Source of the DNA: an uncultured bacterium
GTDB lineage: Bacteria > Armatimonadota > Abditibacteriia > Abditibacteriales > Abditibacteriaceae
Reading direction: 5' to 3'
NCBI GenBank assembly: GCA_963843795.1
Contig: CAWJLW010000006.1
Span: 62,001-126,000 of the forward strand
DNA length: 64,000 nt
The notes beneath the pieces are model-generated. The model saw only the letters and a program-made list of their open reading frames with translations. It was not told where the DNA came from and made no database searches. The position numbers and the translations under genes are program-made. Shown here piece by piece: positions 63,973-64,000 of this stretch (positions are counted from its first letter, which is position 1; each line of letters opens with the position of its first letter).

Positions 63973-64000
63973 GAGAATTCTCCTTGAACAACTAACGGCA

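Overview
Bacterial DNA from a diderm, probably Abditibacteriota/Armatimonadota (inferred from lpxD, multiple Skp, a DUF1559 prepilin-like protein, Flp pilins and Ycf46). The window has two parts. (1) Positions 1 to ~20,870 are the right arm of a decaying genomic island. It ends at a displaced 3' half of tRNA-Ile(GAT) and holds nested IS elements (IS5, IS21, IS630 remnant, two IS3, ISAs1, IS110), pseudogenes, a PAS hybrid kinase, a GH9 and a ParB relic. (2) Positions ~20,900 to 64,000 are host backbone (lpxD, skp x2, moeB, rimO, lepA, reductases, four unannotated Flp pilins), carrying about 34 copies of the palindrome GCAAGTACTTGC by manual count. Main findings: (a) ~17-24 nt GC hairpin 'stamps' (CGGGTGCCC-N3-GGGCRG) appear to overwrite conserved codons of IS transposases at five sites. 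(b) An IS110 sits inside one stamp, and its upstream non-coding region folds like a bridge RNA whose guides match the stamp and the circle junction. (c) An astacin metalloprotease carries a graspetide-like KxxxD(D) repeat tail and is translationally coupled to an ATP-grasp ligase. (d) The host carries a HIP/DUS-like iterated palindrome. All calls come from reading the sequence by eye; no searches were run.
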